Shown: positions 51,071 through 64,000 of the stretch, piece by piece | How the letters are laid out: every line of letters starts with the position of its first letter | How positions within the stretch are numbered: position 1 is the first letter of the stretch | Assembly: GCA_013239625.1 (NCBI GenBank) | Contig: MU054187.1 | Span: 18,034,711-18,098,710 of the forward strand | DNA from: Lama guanicoe | Lineage: Eukaryota | Reading direction: 5' to 3' | Length of the DNA stretch: 64,000 nucleotides | The notes under the pieces: model-generated | What the model was told of the DNA's origin: nothing | Seen by the model: the letters and a program-made list of their open reading frames with translations, nothing else | Database searches by the model: none | Position numbers and translations under genes: made by a program

Positions 51071-54000
51071 ACTACTTACATTTCTATCATAGTTCTTCTC
51101 TTATTGTGTAGTGATAGGTTGCTTGTCTCTCTTCATAATTAGACTTTAAGACAGTTTGAACACAAAGTAGTCATTCGGTAAATGTACTCCCTGAAGAAAA
51201 ATTACAGATCTTAACACCCAGCTTCAGCCTTTCCTATAGTGCTTCCTAAAAGTGAGCAGACAGCCTCCTGCTTCAAAACTCTGTCCGAGCCTAAGCGTCC
51301 TCTTTCTGGGCTTTTCCTTTTACCATATCATAGTGAATTTATGAATGAGTAAATCTGAGGTCACTGTTTTAACACTGCGAGGGCAGGGGCCTGAGTTAAC
51401 ATTCATCTTTATGCGCCAGCATCTGTAACCACGTTTGGAGCATTACAAATGTTCAGTGTTTATTGAATGAACAGAAAACAACAGAACTATGACCCAGATC
51501 AAAGAAGTAAGGACACAAATTATTTCCACGTGGATATCTGAAGAATGGCTGCAGCCTCCTTGACTCCAGGACACGGGGATCTTTCACTGTTGTGCATTTA
51601 TTGAAAATTAAGGTCAGCCTAACCTTCGGACTCCAGCTGCCTCCTATCACAGTGTCCCATGAGAGGTGGAAACCAATTTAACATTCAAAGCAAAGTGAAA
51701 CTCCTTTAAGATCTTGTCCCTGCTGTCAGTTCCTAGGAAAAGAAAACGTGTCACATTTCATTGTCTCTATGTTACAACAACAATAAGAAGGAAAAAAAAA
51801 AAACAATTCCCTCATTTTGGATCCTAAGGCTGCAGTAGCATAGGAGTAGCATTTTTAAGAGAATTTGGCAAGACGAGAAAGAGCTGCAATCCACAGTTTT
51901 AACGCCATCTTGGCACTGCCTTAATTCCCATTCCAGATGTTCCAACAAGAGGGGTAAGAGTGGGGGTGTCTTCCTGCTGTGGACACTTTTTTCCTCGGAA
52001 ATTCAGCAAATACCATAGCAGTGTGTAGCTGGTCCTCATCTCCAGACACATATGCTAAAAAGAATGCTTTGCTTGGCACAAACACAAAGATACTCATTAT
52101 ACTAGGAAAAATCAGGCATCACAATAAAAGGAAATGTCAGATTTCACTTAATATCAACCACTTGCCTTAAGGTATATTTTTATCTTAAACTCCTTCTGTG
52201 GAGGCTGTAGTCTTGAGAATAAATGAACAAAGAAATAAGAGCATAGATACATACCAGGCAGTAAAATTTTACTTAAAATATCAGAGACAGTTTAGCATTT
52301 TATAGAAGCTAAAGCAACCTGGGCACCGCCCCCCCCCAACCCCGTATGTGGAGTGGATTTTAAAAAGTGTGCTGAATCCTGAGCAATTTTTCAATTTGCT
52401 ATTGACCATTCTTGATTTTATGCTGTAGGATCTTCTTATGGTTGAATCTATAATTTAAAAATAAAACACTTCTTTTCAGTATGTTGATATCTAAGTCTTA
52501 ATGGAGACAGTTCCATTGTCTTGCCTGACTTTGAATTTGGCTCTTTACGAGGTCCCAGGAGATTTTGCCCCAAGGCGTTCTCTCCAGATGTGTTTCTGCA
52601 ATTTACGATTGAGTTTATGCAGGCTCATATTCATATTTGAGGCAACAAATAACTCAGTAATGTTTTTATTGATCTTACTTCAAAAAATGGGAGCTTAATT
52701 GGCAAGAAGAGATTGGTCCTGTCTGGGTATATTTGATAAGGTAGCCCCCTAGGAAAGATTGTTAAGCCCTAATTGGAAAAAGAAATTGGTCTTATTGCTG
52801 TCCCCTTAAGCTGTTTTTGCTTATCTCATCATGAGGGTGGTGATGGGGCTCTGCGTTTAAGCATAAGGTTGACCTGGATTTCATGGAATCACATGGGGGC
52901 TGGGTGACCAATGAGAGACTGTTGCTAAGGGGATACTGCAAGTATGCTAATTAAATCAGACTTGACATAAATTTTAAAAAGAGGAGAAGAAATTCTATTC
53001 GTGCATTTCTCTCTCACTTGCTCTCTCTCGCTCCCTCTTCCTCCCTCCCTCATCCTCCCTCCCTCTTCCTCCCTCCCTCTCACACTGTTAGTATTAGGTA
53101 CTCTATGTGTTTCTGATTTTAGCACTATTATTTTTACCTCTTGTTTACCCAGAGCTGTTTTTTTCCCCTCCCTTTCTGTCTTACATACTTCACCCATGCT
53201 TTTCATTATGGCTACTCTATCTCCTTCTCCATCTACCAGCAAAGTCACTATCTCTCAGCCTGACATGGATAGATTGCCAGTGATTTAGTCAATAAGAAAT
53301 CTAAGATCATAATAATATTTCATCAAATATCAAGAGTTCAAAGTGACAGGTAAATGGTGGTCTACATCAGGGAAGCAGGTGGTAGAGAAAGTCTGAACAG
53401 GATCCTAGGAATTGAAATTTCTGATAGCATGTCTAGCTACAAGGTAACACACTTGTGGAAATTTCTACTTAAATGGGAATCAACAGAAACTCCTAAAATA
53501 TGCCAAATTATGCAATCGCCTCAAAATAATACAATGCCTGTTGCTTAGTGATTATTTGTTGACTATAAATGAATAGGAAATCAATCTTTGCTCTTCAGGG
53601 AAAATAATATAGAATGGGTCCTTTATGCAGTCCAAGGATGAGTAGGATGAATCATAAATTTTTGAAAACCTCAATGGTTAGAGAAAATACACACTCATGT
53701 CCAACCACATTTCCCTCACATACTTGCAAACCCCACATCACATTAAGAGATTCTCTTTCCTATTCCTACAATGAATGATGCTGGATCTTTAATTAAAATG
53801 AATATTAAAAGATGATTTCTTTGTTGAATTTTGACATGTTTAAAATTCTTTCCATGATACAAAAAAAAGTCTGTCATTTCCCCTAATTACTTGTCTAGTG
53901 CTTTGAGTAACATTTTAAAGGCTTGCTAAGTGTTTGTAGTAACAGACCAGATAATCTCCCCCCTCACATATGAATGCTCAGTTTTATTACAGTTTACTTT

Positions 54001-55389
54001 AAGTTAATTCCATATCTAAGCCAAGAGACTGGAGCAACACCAATAAAGCTATTTATGGCTGATGATGCAGCCAAACTAGCTCTGTTGGCTATTCCACTGC
54101 ATTGATAGATGCCTTGGTCTTTCCAATGAAAGATTCCGATCCTGGAGCACAGTTAGTAAGAGCTACTGATGTGGTTGCCCCTCCTTGGGGCAGAAGGGCC
54201 TCCAGTGGGCTCGTTCTCAATCCCATTAAAACCATTTTCTCGTTTATTGTGGGTTGTCCCTCCTGTGGACTCAGGGTGTGCAAGCCTGGCCCCTGAATGC
54301 CTAAGGGGGGACGATCAACCACTGAGAGGTAACCTGACTTCCTTTAATTTCAGAGTGGGTATTCACAATGCATGAACATCAAGTCTGGAGGGAAAACGTA
54401 GTTCCGGGCCTTTGTTCGGCTAAGAGGTGAACTCACATGTTATTTGTTAGACTTTTGGCTCTGCGTTTGGCTTTGAGCTGCCCTAGAAGTTGTGGGATGT
54501 TTATGAAATCTGGAAATGTTTGTAATTTGCAGTTGCCAATTCTATTTGGAAATTAATGTGAGTAGAGGAAAAAGGGCAACTATGATATTGCCAAATGTGT
54601 TGTTACTCTTTTCCTAAGACCTTTTTTTTTCTTGAAAATAATTGTTTTGAAAACAAGTCATGAGGTGTATTAATGGGAAAACAAGAACCATCTTTGCTGT
54701 GGTTGACTTCCTAGGGTATGCATGATCAATTATTTGTATCATTGTCAACGCTTTGCCACTATTTGGTATTGCCCCCAAACTCAGGACCTCAAATTTCATT
54801 TTGGCTTAGTATTTCTCGTTGTGCAAAAATTTTGCCATCGTGTGCCTGGACCCACACTGTGGTTTTAAGCCATTCCTCTCACTTCTATTTATTCCCTGAC
54901 TTATGTTACCTGCTGGTTTTCTGTACCTGCCATCAATTGTCTTGTTTATCCTGTTTTCAATCTGGTCCAGCCTCCGTTAGTTCTTGCCCTCATCCAAACA
55001 CTTTCTACTCTTTAAACCCAGATCAGTTCTTTTCTATTCCTGGAAGACTTACCTTAGACTTCTGCTTACACTCACCCCTCTCTGAATTTACGCGTGAGAT
55101 TATTTTCTCACCATCTAGATGGGAAATCACTTGAGAGTGATAAGTCATCTTCTTCTTATCCTGTATTCCCCGTGATAGTGATAACCTGTACAGTGCTGGG
55201 CACAATGCAGACATTACACTTATATATTCACACATTGGCTTTTAAGCCACATATATCTTCCCATATATGTGTTGTGTATAAGCCCCCAACTTCATGTTGC
55301 TCTCTACTAGGTACTGTAATGACATGAAATGTGAGCACCTCCTCTCTTCCTGTCTTATGGGCATTTATGTTCTAAGATAATAAAATAAT

Positions 55390-55580
55390 AGAAAAACTAT
55401 TATCATTGTCATTATTACTGTATATATTGTATACTTGTTGTATGAGCGAAGCTCTACATACATCATCTCATTTGATCCTTATGAGAGTCTAACGGGAGAT
55501 GTATCGATATTGCCATTTTAGACATGACGACATTGAAGCTCAGATAGGTTAAATGACTTTCCCAGGGTCTCAGGTCGTCT
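55390..55580 (-). mobile_element. MIR
   Basis: ATCTCATTTGATCCTTA...GCTCAGATAGGTTAAATGACTTTCCCAGGGTC. Confidence 0.8.
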
Positions 55581-55630
55581 ATCTCTTAAATAGAATAGGA
55601 GAATGTGTTCTTTTTCTCATATTGTTTTGA

Positions 55631-56252
55631 TTTTTTTTTCTTGAAGTGTAGTCGGTTTACAATGTTGTGTCTATTTCTGGTGTACAGAATAAGGTTTCAG
55701 TCATACATATACATACGTATGTTTCTTTTCATATTCTTTTTCATTATAGGTGACTACAAGATATTGAATGTGGTTCTCTGTACTATAGAGTAGAAACTTG
55801 TTGTTTTATCTATTTTAGATATAGTAGTTAATATCTGCAAATCTTGAACTCCCAGTTTATCCCTTCCCACCCCCTTTCTCCCCTGATAACCAAAGTTTGT
55901 TTTCTATGTTTAATTCAAAAAGATACATGCACCCCAATGTTCATAGCAGCACTATTTACAATAGTCAAGACATGGAAACAACCTAAATGTCCATCAGCAG
56001 ATGACTGGATAAAGAAATTGTGGTATATTTATACAATGGAATACTGCTTGGCCATAAAAAAGAATAAAATAATGTCATTTGCTGCAACATGAACGGACCT
56101 AGAGATCACCATATAAGTGAAGTAAGCCAGAAAAAGAAACAAAAATATCATATGATATCACTTCTATGTGGAATCTAAAATAAGAGAGGACACTAATGAA
56201 CTTATTTACAAAACAGAAACAGACTCACAGACACAGAAAACAAATTTACGGT
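55631..56252 (-). mobile_element. Lineage-specific L1 with 5' inversion (twin priming)
   Basis: 55631-55909 is the antisense L1 3' end with poly(T); 55910-56252 is the adjacent upstream L1 segment in opposite orientation (QKDTCTPMFIAALFTIVKTWKQPKCPS). Confidence 0.92.
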
Positions 56253-56647
56253 CTTGCCATGTTTTGAAGAGTGGGAGTGAGGAGTCACCAGTGGCCCTTC
56301 TTTGTGTGTATGCTCCTTCCCTCCCTCCCAGGTGCCCGGGCCCCCAGGCCCACCCTAGGCTGCCCAGGGACTGCCTCTGTGTGGCTTGCAAAGGATCTTC
56401 CCACCCTTAGGGAAAATTATCCTTTTTTTTACTCTTCTCCGACTCTAACTGTTTCTCCTGCTGCTCTCCTTGTCTTTCCAGGTGACAGGCTTGCTCCCAT
56501 CTGATAGATTGATTTTTATACTATACTAAATGGATAATTGTGACTTAATTTTTGTCATTCTTTCCAGGAAAATTTGTGTGTTAAAAATGAGTTCCAAGAA
56601 TCATAATGTTTTATCCCAAACTAATAAAGTTCTAACAATGAGGGTAG

Positions 56648-57115
56648 TATTGACTGAAGTTGCACATTACCTTCTACTCGGGGAACTTCTGAGGACTCCA
56701 GCCTGGAAGACAGCCTCTCGGAGAGCTCTGAGGAACTGCTCCAAAGAGGTGAGGAAAGATTTAGGATATACAGGAGTTTTTGCTGAAGAAAAATAAACAA
56801 ACAAGCATGTAGTCGAACATCAAAAGGTTACTGGTAATCACAAAAAATAGACTTCTCAAGTTAACGATGTTAGTGCTTTTTTATGTATGGAAAGATACAA
56901 GAGTCTGGATTATTGAAATTCTTCCTTTGATAAGCATCTTAACTATCTAGGGTGTGGGTCCTGTTTTTCTCCATCCTGAATTCCCCTCAAGGCACACCAC
57001 TGGAAAGCAGCTGCAGAAGCTGATGATTTGAAAGTGGGCAACTGTCCTTGTTTACTGGAATGGAAGACAACATTCCTTGTTTTCTGAAATGGCGGGTAAC
57101 ATTTTTTTGTCCACA
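56648..57115 (-). mobile_element. ERV1 solo LTR (cetartiodactyl LTR39-like)
   Basis: GAGGACTCCAGCCTGGAAGACAGCCTCTCGGAGAGCTCTGAGGAACTGCTCCAAAGAGG; ends TTTGTCCACA. Confidence 0.85.
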
Positions 57116-57375
57116 ATATCATGGTTAAAAAAAGATTTAGAAGTCTGAAGCCTTTCAACAGTGCCACTCAAACCACATCATATAAACAACTGTCTATGCA
57201 GAAGGTTGAAGAACGTTTGCTTCTAACTTTCATTTCTTTCCCATAACCTTTTCCTTGGAGGAAAGTGAGATGGTCAGAAAGTATGATAAATACTATCTCC
57301 CTTACTTACAGCCTTCTTTTATTATTTTGTTCATTTTTAAGAATCTGAAATTTTAAGACATCTATTTCCAATGCC

Positions 57376-57837
57376 TGCCAACTAAAAATTGTCACTTGCC
57401 ATCTACCACTACAAGGATGAAGTCACGAGCCACTGCAGTCGCTGACCTTCAACACACCCTGAAAGGAGTTCAGGGCGGAGGTCAGGAATGAGGCACCCTG
57501 TGCTCTGGGAAAAACTGGCAGAACAGGTCTTCAGAGAGTTAGGTATTTTCAGGAGAAGATTTAATGAATTCAATTTCTTGTATCTTTTCATTTCTAGAAA
57601 AGCACTAAAGTCATTAATGGAGACATTGGCTCTTTGTGACTAGCAGCAACCAAAATGTGTGCTTGATTTCACGCATCCTCCTTTACTAAAATCATGTATA
57701 TACTGACCTCCCCTCTACCTTTTTGGAGCAGTTCCTCAGAGTTATCTGAGACACTGTCTCCCAGGTGATAGTCCTCATTTTGCCCCAAATAAAACTTAAC
57801 TCACCACTCTCATGTTGTGCGCTTTTTTCCAGCCAGT
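57376..57837 (+). mobile_element. ERV1 solo LTR related to the previous one
   Basis: TTTGGAGCAGTTCCTCAGAGTTATCTGAGA...CTCCCAGG...GCCCCAAATAAAACTTAACTC. Confidence 0.88.
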
Positions 57838-58029
57838 GGCCTTCTGTGGCAGATGAATGGATTTGATCTCAGGAGCATACCCTGCATAAGAACAGGGACT
57901 TGGACTCATGCTCTCGGCTATGGAACCAAGGCTTAGAGAAGTGCCCGACAGAGTAGGCTTCCAGGAAATAGTTACCAAATTCATGGATGAAATTTGTATG
58001 TACCAAAGCCATTATGGTTAAGGATAGTC

Positions 58030-58230
58030 ATAAAAACTCATATTTATTGAACTAACTCTATGCCAGACATTCTTATAAGCATTTTGCGCACAATACTTTG
58101 ATACCTAGAACTATTCTTCCACATACTATATGGATGAAGAAACGGAGGCACTGAGATGTTATGGAGTTTACCTAGTCGACCAGCTAGATCGTTTTGGATC
58201 TTGAATATGAAACCAGAAAGATTAGGTCCA
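58030..58230 (-). mobile_element. MIR
   Basis: GATGAAGAAACGGAGGCACTGAGATGTTA. Confidence 0.7.
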
Positions 58231-59924
58231 AAGGATACTAAACTTAACAGCTAAGAAAAGTTGTTCAGATATCAAACCTCCAGAAATATTGCCCCAGCTA
58301 CCACCCCTGTAAGACAGACTGAGTAACGTCTTGCATTGGGGATCACATTATATCACATGCTTTGTATATATCACACTGTACAGTAATAATTTGTTTATGT
58401 TTGTCTTTGCATCCTTAATTGAAATGAGTAGACATAAAAAGAAGGTTGTGTAAAAAAAGTTGAAGCAAAATATATAGTTAAAAATCAACTAGGGCTAAGG
58501 TCAGAATAACTGGGCATTTTGCATCTGGAAAATTATTTTGAATATCATATGAAAAATATAGCTCAAGGCTGATCAGAATAACATACAAAAATAAACACTA
58601 CCGGACTCCAGAGTCCAATGATTCTCATGTTGTGTTAATGTCTGTGATTTGAATTTGCTGAGCAATAGCATCTGATTTTCTCTGTACTTCCAATTTTAGT
58701 TTGTACAGTGTTATCTAGGTCAAATTAAATATTGTTTGCCACTGATACAATTTAATTAACTCTATTCTGCTATCTTGCATTTGGTGCTCATCTCCCTTAT
58801 ATTTATTTGATATTTTCCTTTTATTTATTGGATATATTTATGGACATCTTTGTCTTTGGGAAATGTGTCCTCTGAGTTAGCATTCTGGAAATGCAGAGTG
58901 ACCCTGCTGTGGCTTATTGGGTCAGGTCAGGGATGGAAAGGTCCCAGATGGCTGCAGGATCTTGCAGTGTGCAGGGCTGTTGCTAGGAGACCATATCGAT
59001 CTTTTCTAGCCTCTTTGCAGATGGCTTCTTCTACTTTCTGGTGATGGATTGCCATCATTTACAGCTTTCAGTTGTTAGAGGTTTTACCTTGTCTTCACTA
59101 TTTATATGTTAAAAAATATAATCATTTGAGCTTAAAATGCTTTATAGAATTTTTTTTTTACACCTATAGCAACCTAGCAAGAGAAATGCCTGCTCAGTTA
59201 GTCTGGCCAATTTTGAATATGGTTAAACAAAAACAAGTATTTTCCTACTTTAAATGCCACATGATTATCAACATCAATTTGTTTGTATTAACTGAAGTCA
59301 ATTTGCTTCTTACTGATCCAAACCAATTTATTTTCATGTCTGCCTCCTGGCCCGCTTCTTTGTCTTGACAAAGCTCCGACTAGAATGGCCTTTCCCAAGC
59401 TGACTCTGTTTCAAACATTAACATGGTTCCCCTTATGGAAAATAACAGAAGACTTAACAGTATCTCAGTGCTTTGATGCCTGGTCCCTAAAGGTCAAGCT
59501 AGACAGAGCGGTCAATAACTCGACAGCTAGTCCAATGAGAACCCCGATTCCTCTCCCACCCTCATGGTCTGGGTGGAGGAGGTCGCTAAATTAGAATGCT
59601 GCTCCAGCTGGTCACGGTGGACGCCTGCACACGATTCAGGTGTTCTGATTACAGCTCTCAGTGATTAAATGCCTGTTATAACTATAGTTCTGTCTAATAT
59701 TTTAAGATAGGTTAAAATGGAGACAGCTTTGAAAAAGACAGCTTTTTATTAGACTTGTGAAAGATTCCATTGAAGTGGATACCTCAGCAGTATTTTTTTC
59801 TTGCCCTACCTTGTCTGAGAGAGGGTTTTTAAGACTCTGGTAAACCTTGGCTTCTCTGAGGTTTCCAGGAGAAATGGAGATGTGATGGGAGTTTGTGTAA
59901 AAATAATGGCAGTAGATACTACGT

Positions 59925-60155
59925 GCTTATCTTATGCTGTTGATCTCAATGATAGATAGGTACGGGGTTGGAGGGCTCTCACTTTTCTTATCCACCATAA
60001 CGACCCTACTAGGTAGGTATTATTGTTTGAAATAAGAAGAGTATACGGAGGCACAGACATTTCAAATGATTTGCTAAAGTCTACACAGCTAGGAAGCGGT
60101 GGAAGGAATCAGGGTCAAACTCTGGTAATTTGAAGGCAGAGCAGAACTCCTAACC
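59925..60155 (-). mobile_element. MIR
   Basis: ACCCTACTAGGTAGGTATTATT...GGAGGCACAGA...CACAGCTAGGAAGCGGTGGA. Confidence 0.7.
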
Positions 60156-60984
60156 ACCACCACCATGCTGTGCCCTGCAGCAGTGGTCACGATGTCTGAA
60201 CCTGATCCTAGAACAAAAAACCTTGTTAGCAGAGCTACTGTGTCATCATCAGAGAAGTTCAGGAACTCTTGGCACTCCATTCACCTCCTCATCAGCCCCT
60301 TGATGCTTTGCTGACAGTAGCCTCTATCAAACATTTTATTAACTAAACATATGAGTCTGGGACTGAATCAGGGTAGCAGTGTTTCTCCCCAACAGACGCC
60401 CTGAGGGAAAAGCAGGAATAGGTTCCCAAATCGTTACGATAGAGCAGAATTGTCATTCTCCGTCCGATGTGAACAACGACCATGCCATCTTACATTTCCA
60501 CACTCCCATTTATTTATACATTTTTATTCAATTGCATTCACCTCACCTTCCTCAGTGCCCCTTAATCTGCTCCCATGAGAAATAGAGAGATGGTTAATAT
60601 CTGCAAAGCACTAAGAGAAGTACTGGGAATTAGTATCCAGTTTTGGAGACTGGGCTACAAAGAGTATACTCTTAATTTAGCTCTCTTTCAAATTCTGTCA
60701 ATATAATTTTTACTCCATAAAAGCTAACTCAGATGTGCTTGAAGACATGATTTTGTTCTTTTTCAAGCTTCTGAAAACATTGACACATTGAAACTCATGG
60801 AAACATGGAATAGAAATTATTTTAAATATATATGTATATTTTTTAATTAGGTCTCCTCGTATGCTGAGGAATAGTGTCTTCGAGAATTTTAAGTTTGGTT
60901 AGTAAATAAATTAAGCTCTAGAAAACATGTAGGCATAATGCAATAAATGAGAACATGTGGCCATCTCAATGGATATATTATTAA

Positions 60985-61235
60985 GTTGTAGTAATAGTAG
61001 CTAGCAGACACCAAGGGCTTATTCTGTGCCAGATACTGCACTAGGCACTTTATATATATTATCTCATTTAATATCTACACCCACCCTCTGAGTCAAGTAC
61101 AACTGTTATCTCCTTTTAGAAGATGAGAAAACATAGGCACAGAGAGGTTAAGCAACTTGCCACAGGATACACAGCAATTAATTGCCAGAGATAAGGTTTG
61201 ATCCTAGGCAATGCAGCTGAAGAGCCCATTTACTT
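60985..61235 (-). mobile_element. MIR
   Basis: GATGAGAAAACATAGGCACAGAGAGGTTAAGCAACTTGCC. Confidence 0.88.
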
Positions 61236-62134
61236 AAGTAGAGTGATTATATTCATTTTAATAATTAGAGAATTCTTTCTCATTAAGCTTGTCTATCACA
61301 GCAAAATTTTCATTGTAATCTGTTCTCATGAGGTAGAGTTAATGGTTTGTTAATATAGTGCCTTAATTGGAATTTTTCTATTGGCTCAATCTTTATTAAA
61401 AATCAAGTTTTCCTCATCTTTCACCTCAGAGAATTAATCTCCACAGCAAAACTTGAGTTAAATTTGCATAATATCTACTGTGAAAAATTTGGTCTTATCT
61501 CAGGATCACTGGTAGTGCAACCAGATCTGAAATACGCTTGGGCAGGGTATATTTCTGCCTGTCTAGCACAAAGTCCTAGAATGTAAATAAATAAATAGTT
61601 ACAGTTATAGATGGAGTTTTAATTTTATATGTAGTTATATACACACATAATTTTTATGGACAGTTCTGTATGTATCTATCTCTGTCTATCTATCTATCCA
61701 TCCATCCATCTAAAACAGGCTAACAGGCTTCTCCTCCCCGTCGGAGCTCGGGTGCTTTGTAAATAAAGTTGCTTTTTTAAAAATAATTCGAAACATATAT
61801 TTGCATGCACAACAGAGAGGATGAGCATGCTAGATGAAAAGAAAGGCAGTTTTCTGTCAAATGGAGATCATGATTCCTAACAAGCTGGTTTTGAGACCTA
61901 CTTCAAGGGGAAGACTTGCTGTGCTGCCTTCAGACGTCAGATCTTTTTATGTGATGCCTAAGCAGGCTTTTCAAGCAGGCCTTAAGGCTGGGATAGCTCT
62001 TCTAATCCCTTTTGACAGCCAAGGTGGCTTCAACTGGATTTGGTCCACTGGCCACCGTTTGCCAACCTCTGAATTAGTCTCTACGGTGCCTGATTTATTG
62101 GACAGTAGGACCCTGCCTATGGCATATGGGGCGA

Positions 62135-62660
62135 AAAAATAAACCAAAACCCAAACTGACTTTCTCAGTGAAGGAAACTTATCATCTCATATAACTGAAA
62201 GTCCAGGCATAAATTTAACATTAGGCCAGACGTGATCCAGGAATGCAAATAACAACGTATGGTATTTGTTTCCCTCCACCTCCTACCTTAGACTTCTGCT
62301 AGTTGAATTTACCCTTGGGCTATCTGCGATGGACCCTGACACTTCATGGCTTACTTCTTTCTGCCAGTAGTTCCAAGGGAAAATGTATCTATGCAAGTCC
62401 CAGGATTCACTGGAATCGAACCAGTTTGGGAGATATGTGTATTCCTGCACCAGTCATTGTCGGACCAGGACAATTGGAATTATGCTAATGGATCAATACT
62501 GTGCCAACGATTAAACCAATCTTCCTGATAGATCCCTGACGTTGGGCATAGTGCCATTCCTGAATCATGCAGACCAAGAATAGAAGAATAATGGTCCCCA
62601 GGCAACATGCAATACTGAGAAAGAGGGTACAGGTGGCAAATATCAATTGTATTTCCTTCT
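62135..62660 (-). mobile_element. Old MaLR LTR relic (MLT1J/K-like)
   Basis: CTCATATAACTGAAAGTCCAGG...GATCCAGGAATGCAAATAAC. Confidence 0.6.
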
Positions 62661-62854
62661 TGCAAATGAATACAGTTTCTGTGAAAAGTCATATTAAAAT
62701 TGAAAAATATGTAAGCAATGACTATCACCTCTTTCGCAAATCCAGTCCTGACTCTTAAGAGGGAGATGACTGCTTCCACCTCTGTGTCCCTATAGTTCTG
62801 TCCCCACATCACATCATCACAATCCATTAACGCCCTAAATCACTTGCTAACATA

Positions 62855-63357
62855 CACAGGGGTGCCCTCTTATTTGTAGGAGATACATTTCAAGACCCCC
62901 AGTGGATACCTGAAACTTCAGATTGTACCAGACTGTATATATACTATGTTTTTCCCCACATATACATACCTATGATAAAATTTATTTTGTAAATTAGGCA
63001 CAGTAAGAAAATATCTGAATTGTCAACATCACTATTATGCTTTGGGGCCATTAAGTAAAATAAGGGTTACTTGAACACAAGCACTGCTGTGATTCCATGA
63101 CAGTCAGTCTGATAACCCAGCCAGTTACTAAGTGACCAAAGGGCTGTATGTGCTGGACAAAGGGGATGAATCATGTCCCTAGATGGGACAGAGAGGGACA
63201 GTGCAAGACTTCATCACCCTACTCAGAATGGCATGCAGTTAAAAGTTTATGAATTGTTTGCTTCTGGAGTTTTCCTTTTCCATTTAATATTTTTGGGAAT
63301 TTTTGACCTTGCATAACTGAAACTGTGGAAAGTGAAACCATGAATGGGTGGGGGAAT
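62855..63357 (-). mobile_element. MER44/Tigger7-like DNA transposon derivative
   Basis: CTTTGGGGCCATTAAGTAAAATAAGGGTTACTTGAACACAAGCACTG...TAACTGAAACTGTGGAAAGTGAAACC. Confidence 0.85.
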
Positions 63358-63384
63358 ATCTCCCCACCCATAACTACCTCTTCC

Positions 63385-63716
63385 ATGAGATTTCCTTAAT
63401 TTTACCTTAATGTCGTTTTTCTGTTTGGGGACCCCATCTAAGGTAGCACACCATAGTTAGTAGTCATGCCTCCTTAGGCTCCCCTTGGCTGTGACAGTTT
63501 CTCACAGTTATGAAAAAATACTGGTCTGGTAGTTTATAAAACCTCCTTCAATGGAGATTTGTCTACTATTTTTCATGACTGGACTGCAGTGATGAGTTTG
63601 GGAGATGAAGACCTCAGAAGTTAATATTCCATTCTCATCACATCAGGTGAAGGCTACATATTGTCAACATGACTTATGACTGTTGATGGTGCCTTTGATC
63701 ACCTGGCTGAGGTAAT
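63385..63716 (-). mobile_element. L1MD-like 3' UTR fragment
   Basis: GTCATGCCTCCTTAGGCTCC...GGCTGTGACAGTTTCTCA...TTGATCACCTGGCTGAGGTA. Confidence 0.8.
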
Positions 63717-64000
63717 GAGACTTGAGCCTTTTTTCACTTAAAAATGATTTTGTGCCTTCTCCGTGACAGGTACTATATAGATGTTGAACAAATAAAGATG
63801 GTCCCTGCCCTCAGTGAAGGTACAGTTGAATAAGGGAATGTAACCAAATAGTTGCACAACCGATTGTGAACATTCATATCTGTATATACATCAATATCAT
63901 CTATACCTACATCAATATTGTCTCTCTCTTTATCTAAAACAGGGGCACTTTATTTCAGTTGATAGGTCAAGAAAAACCTCTCCAGAAAATGACTTTTAAG

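Noticed and set aside
54718..55134. 138-aa ORF
   Set aside because: No recognisable domain or exon structure; composition matches pyrimidine-rich non-coding DNA.

Overview
AT-rich mammalian non-coding DNA, very probably from a camelid (alpaca/camel): three tRNA-Ala-derived SINEs look like the Tylopoda Vic-1 family, and the younger L1 and LTR elements look cetartiodactyl-type. I could not support any protein-coding exon. The ORF track consists of decayed L1 ORF2 pieces, ORFs read through an N-gap, or chance ORFs. The window is a layered record of transposons: L1 fragments, L2 and MIR relics, MaLR/ERV solo LTRs, and Charlie/Tigger/Blackjack DNA-transposon relics, with a 270-N gap at 40010-40279. 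Most notable: (1) a 28S rRNA-L1 chimeric retrocopy enclosed by one shared target-site duplication (TSD) at 39654-41053, with an intact I-PpoI/R2 target site; (2) a poly(A)-tailed, TSD-flanked retrocopy of an LTR transcript nested in another LTR (46938-47115); (3) a twin-primed inverted L1; (4) two L1s with large internal deletions; (5) a perfect 3x46-bp tandem repeat; (6) a perfect 22-bp inverted repeat. Family names come from recalled consensus sequences, not a database search, and boundaries of old elements are approximate. I see no evidence of a new multi-gene system; the interesting biology here is L1-driven capture of non-L1 RNAs.
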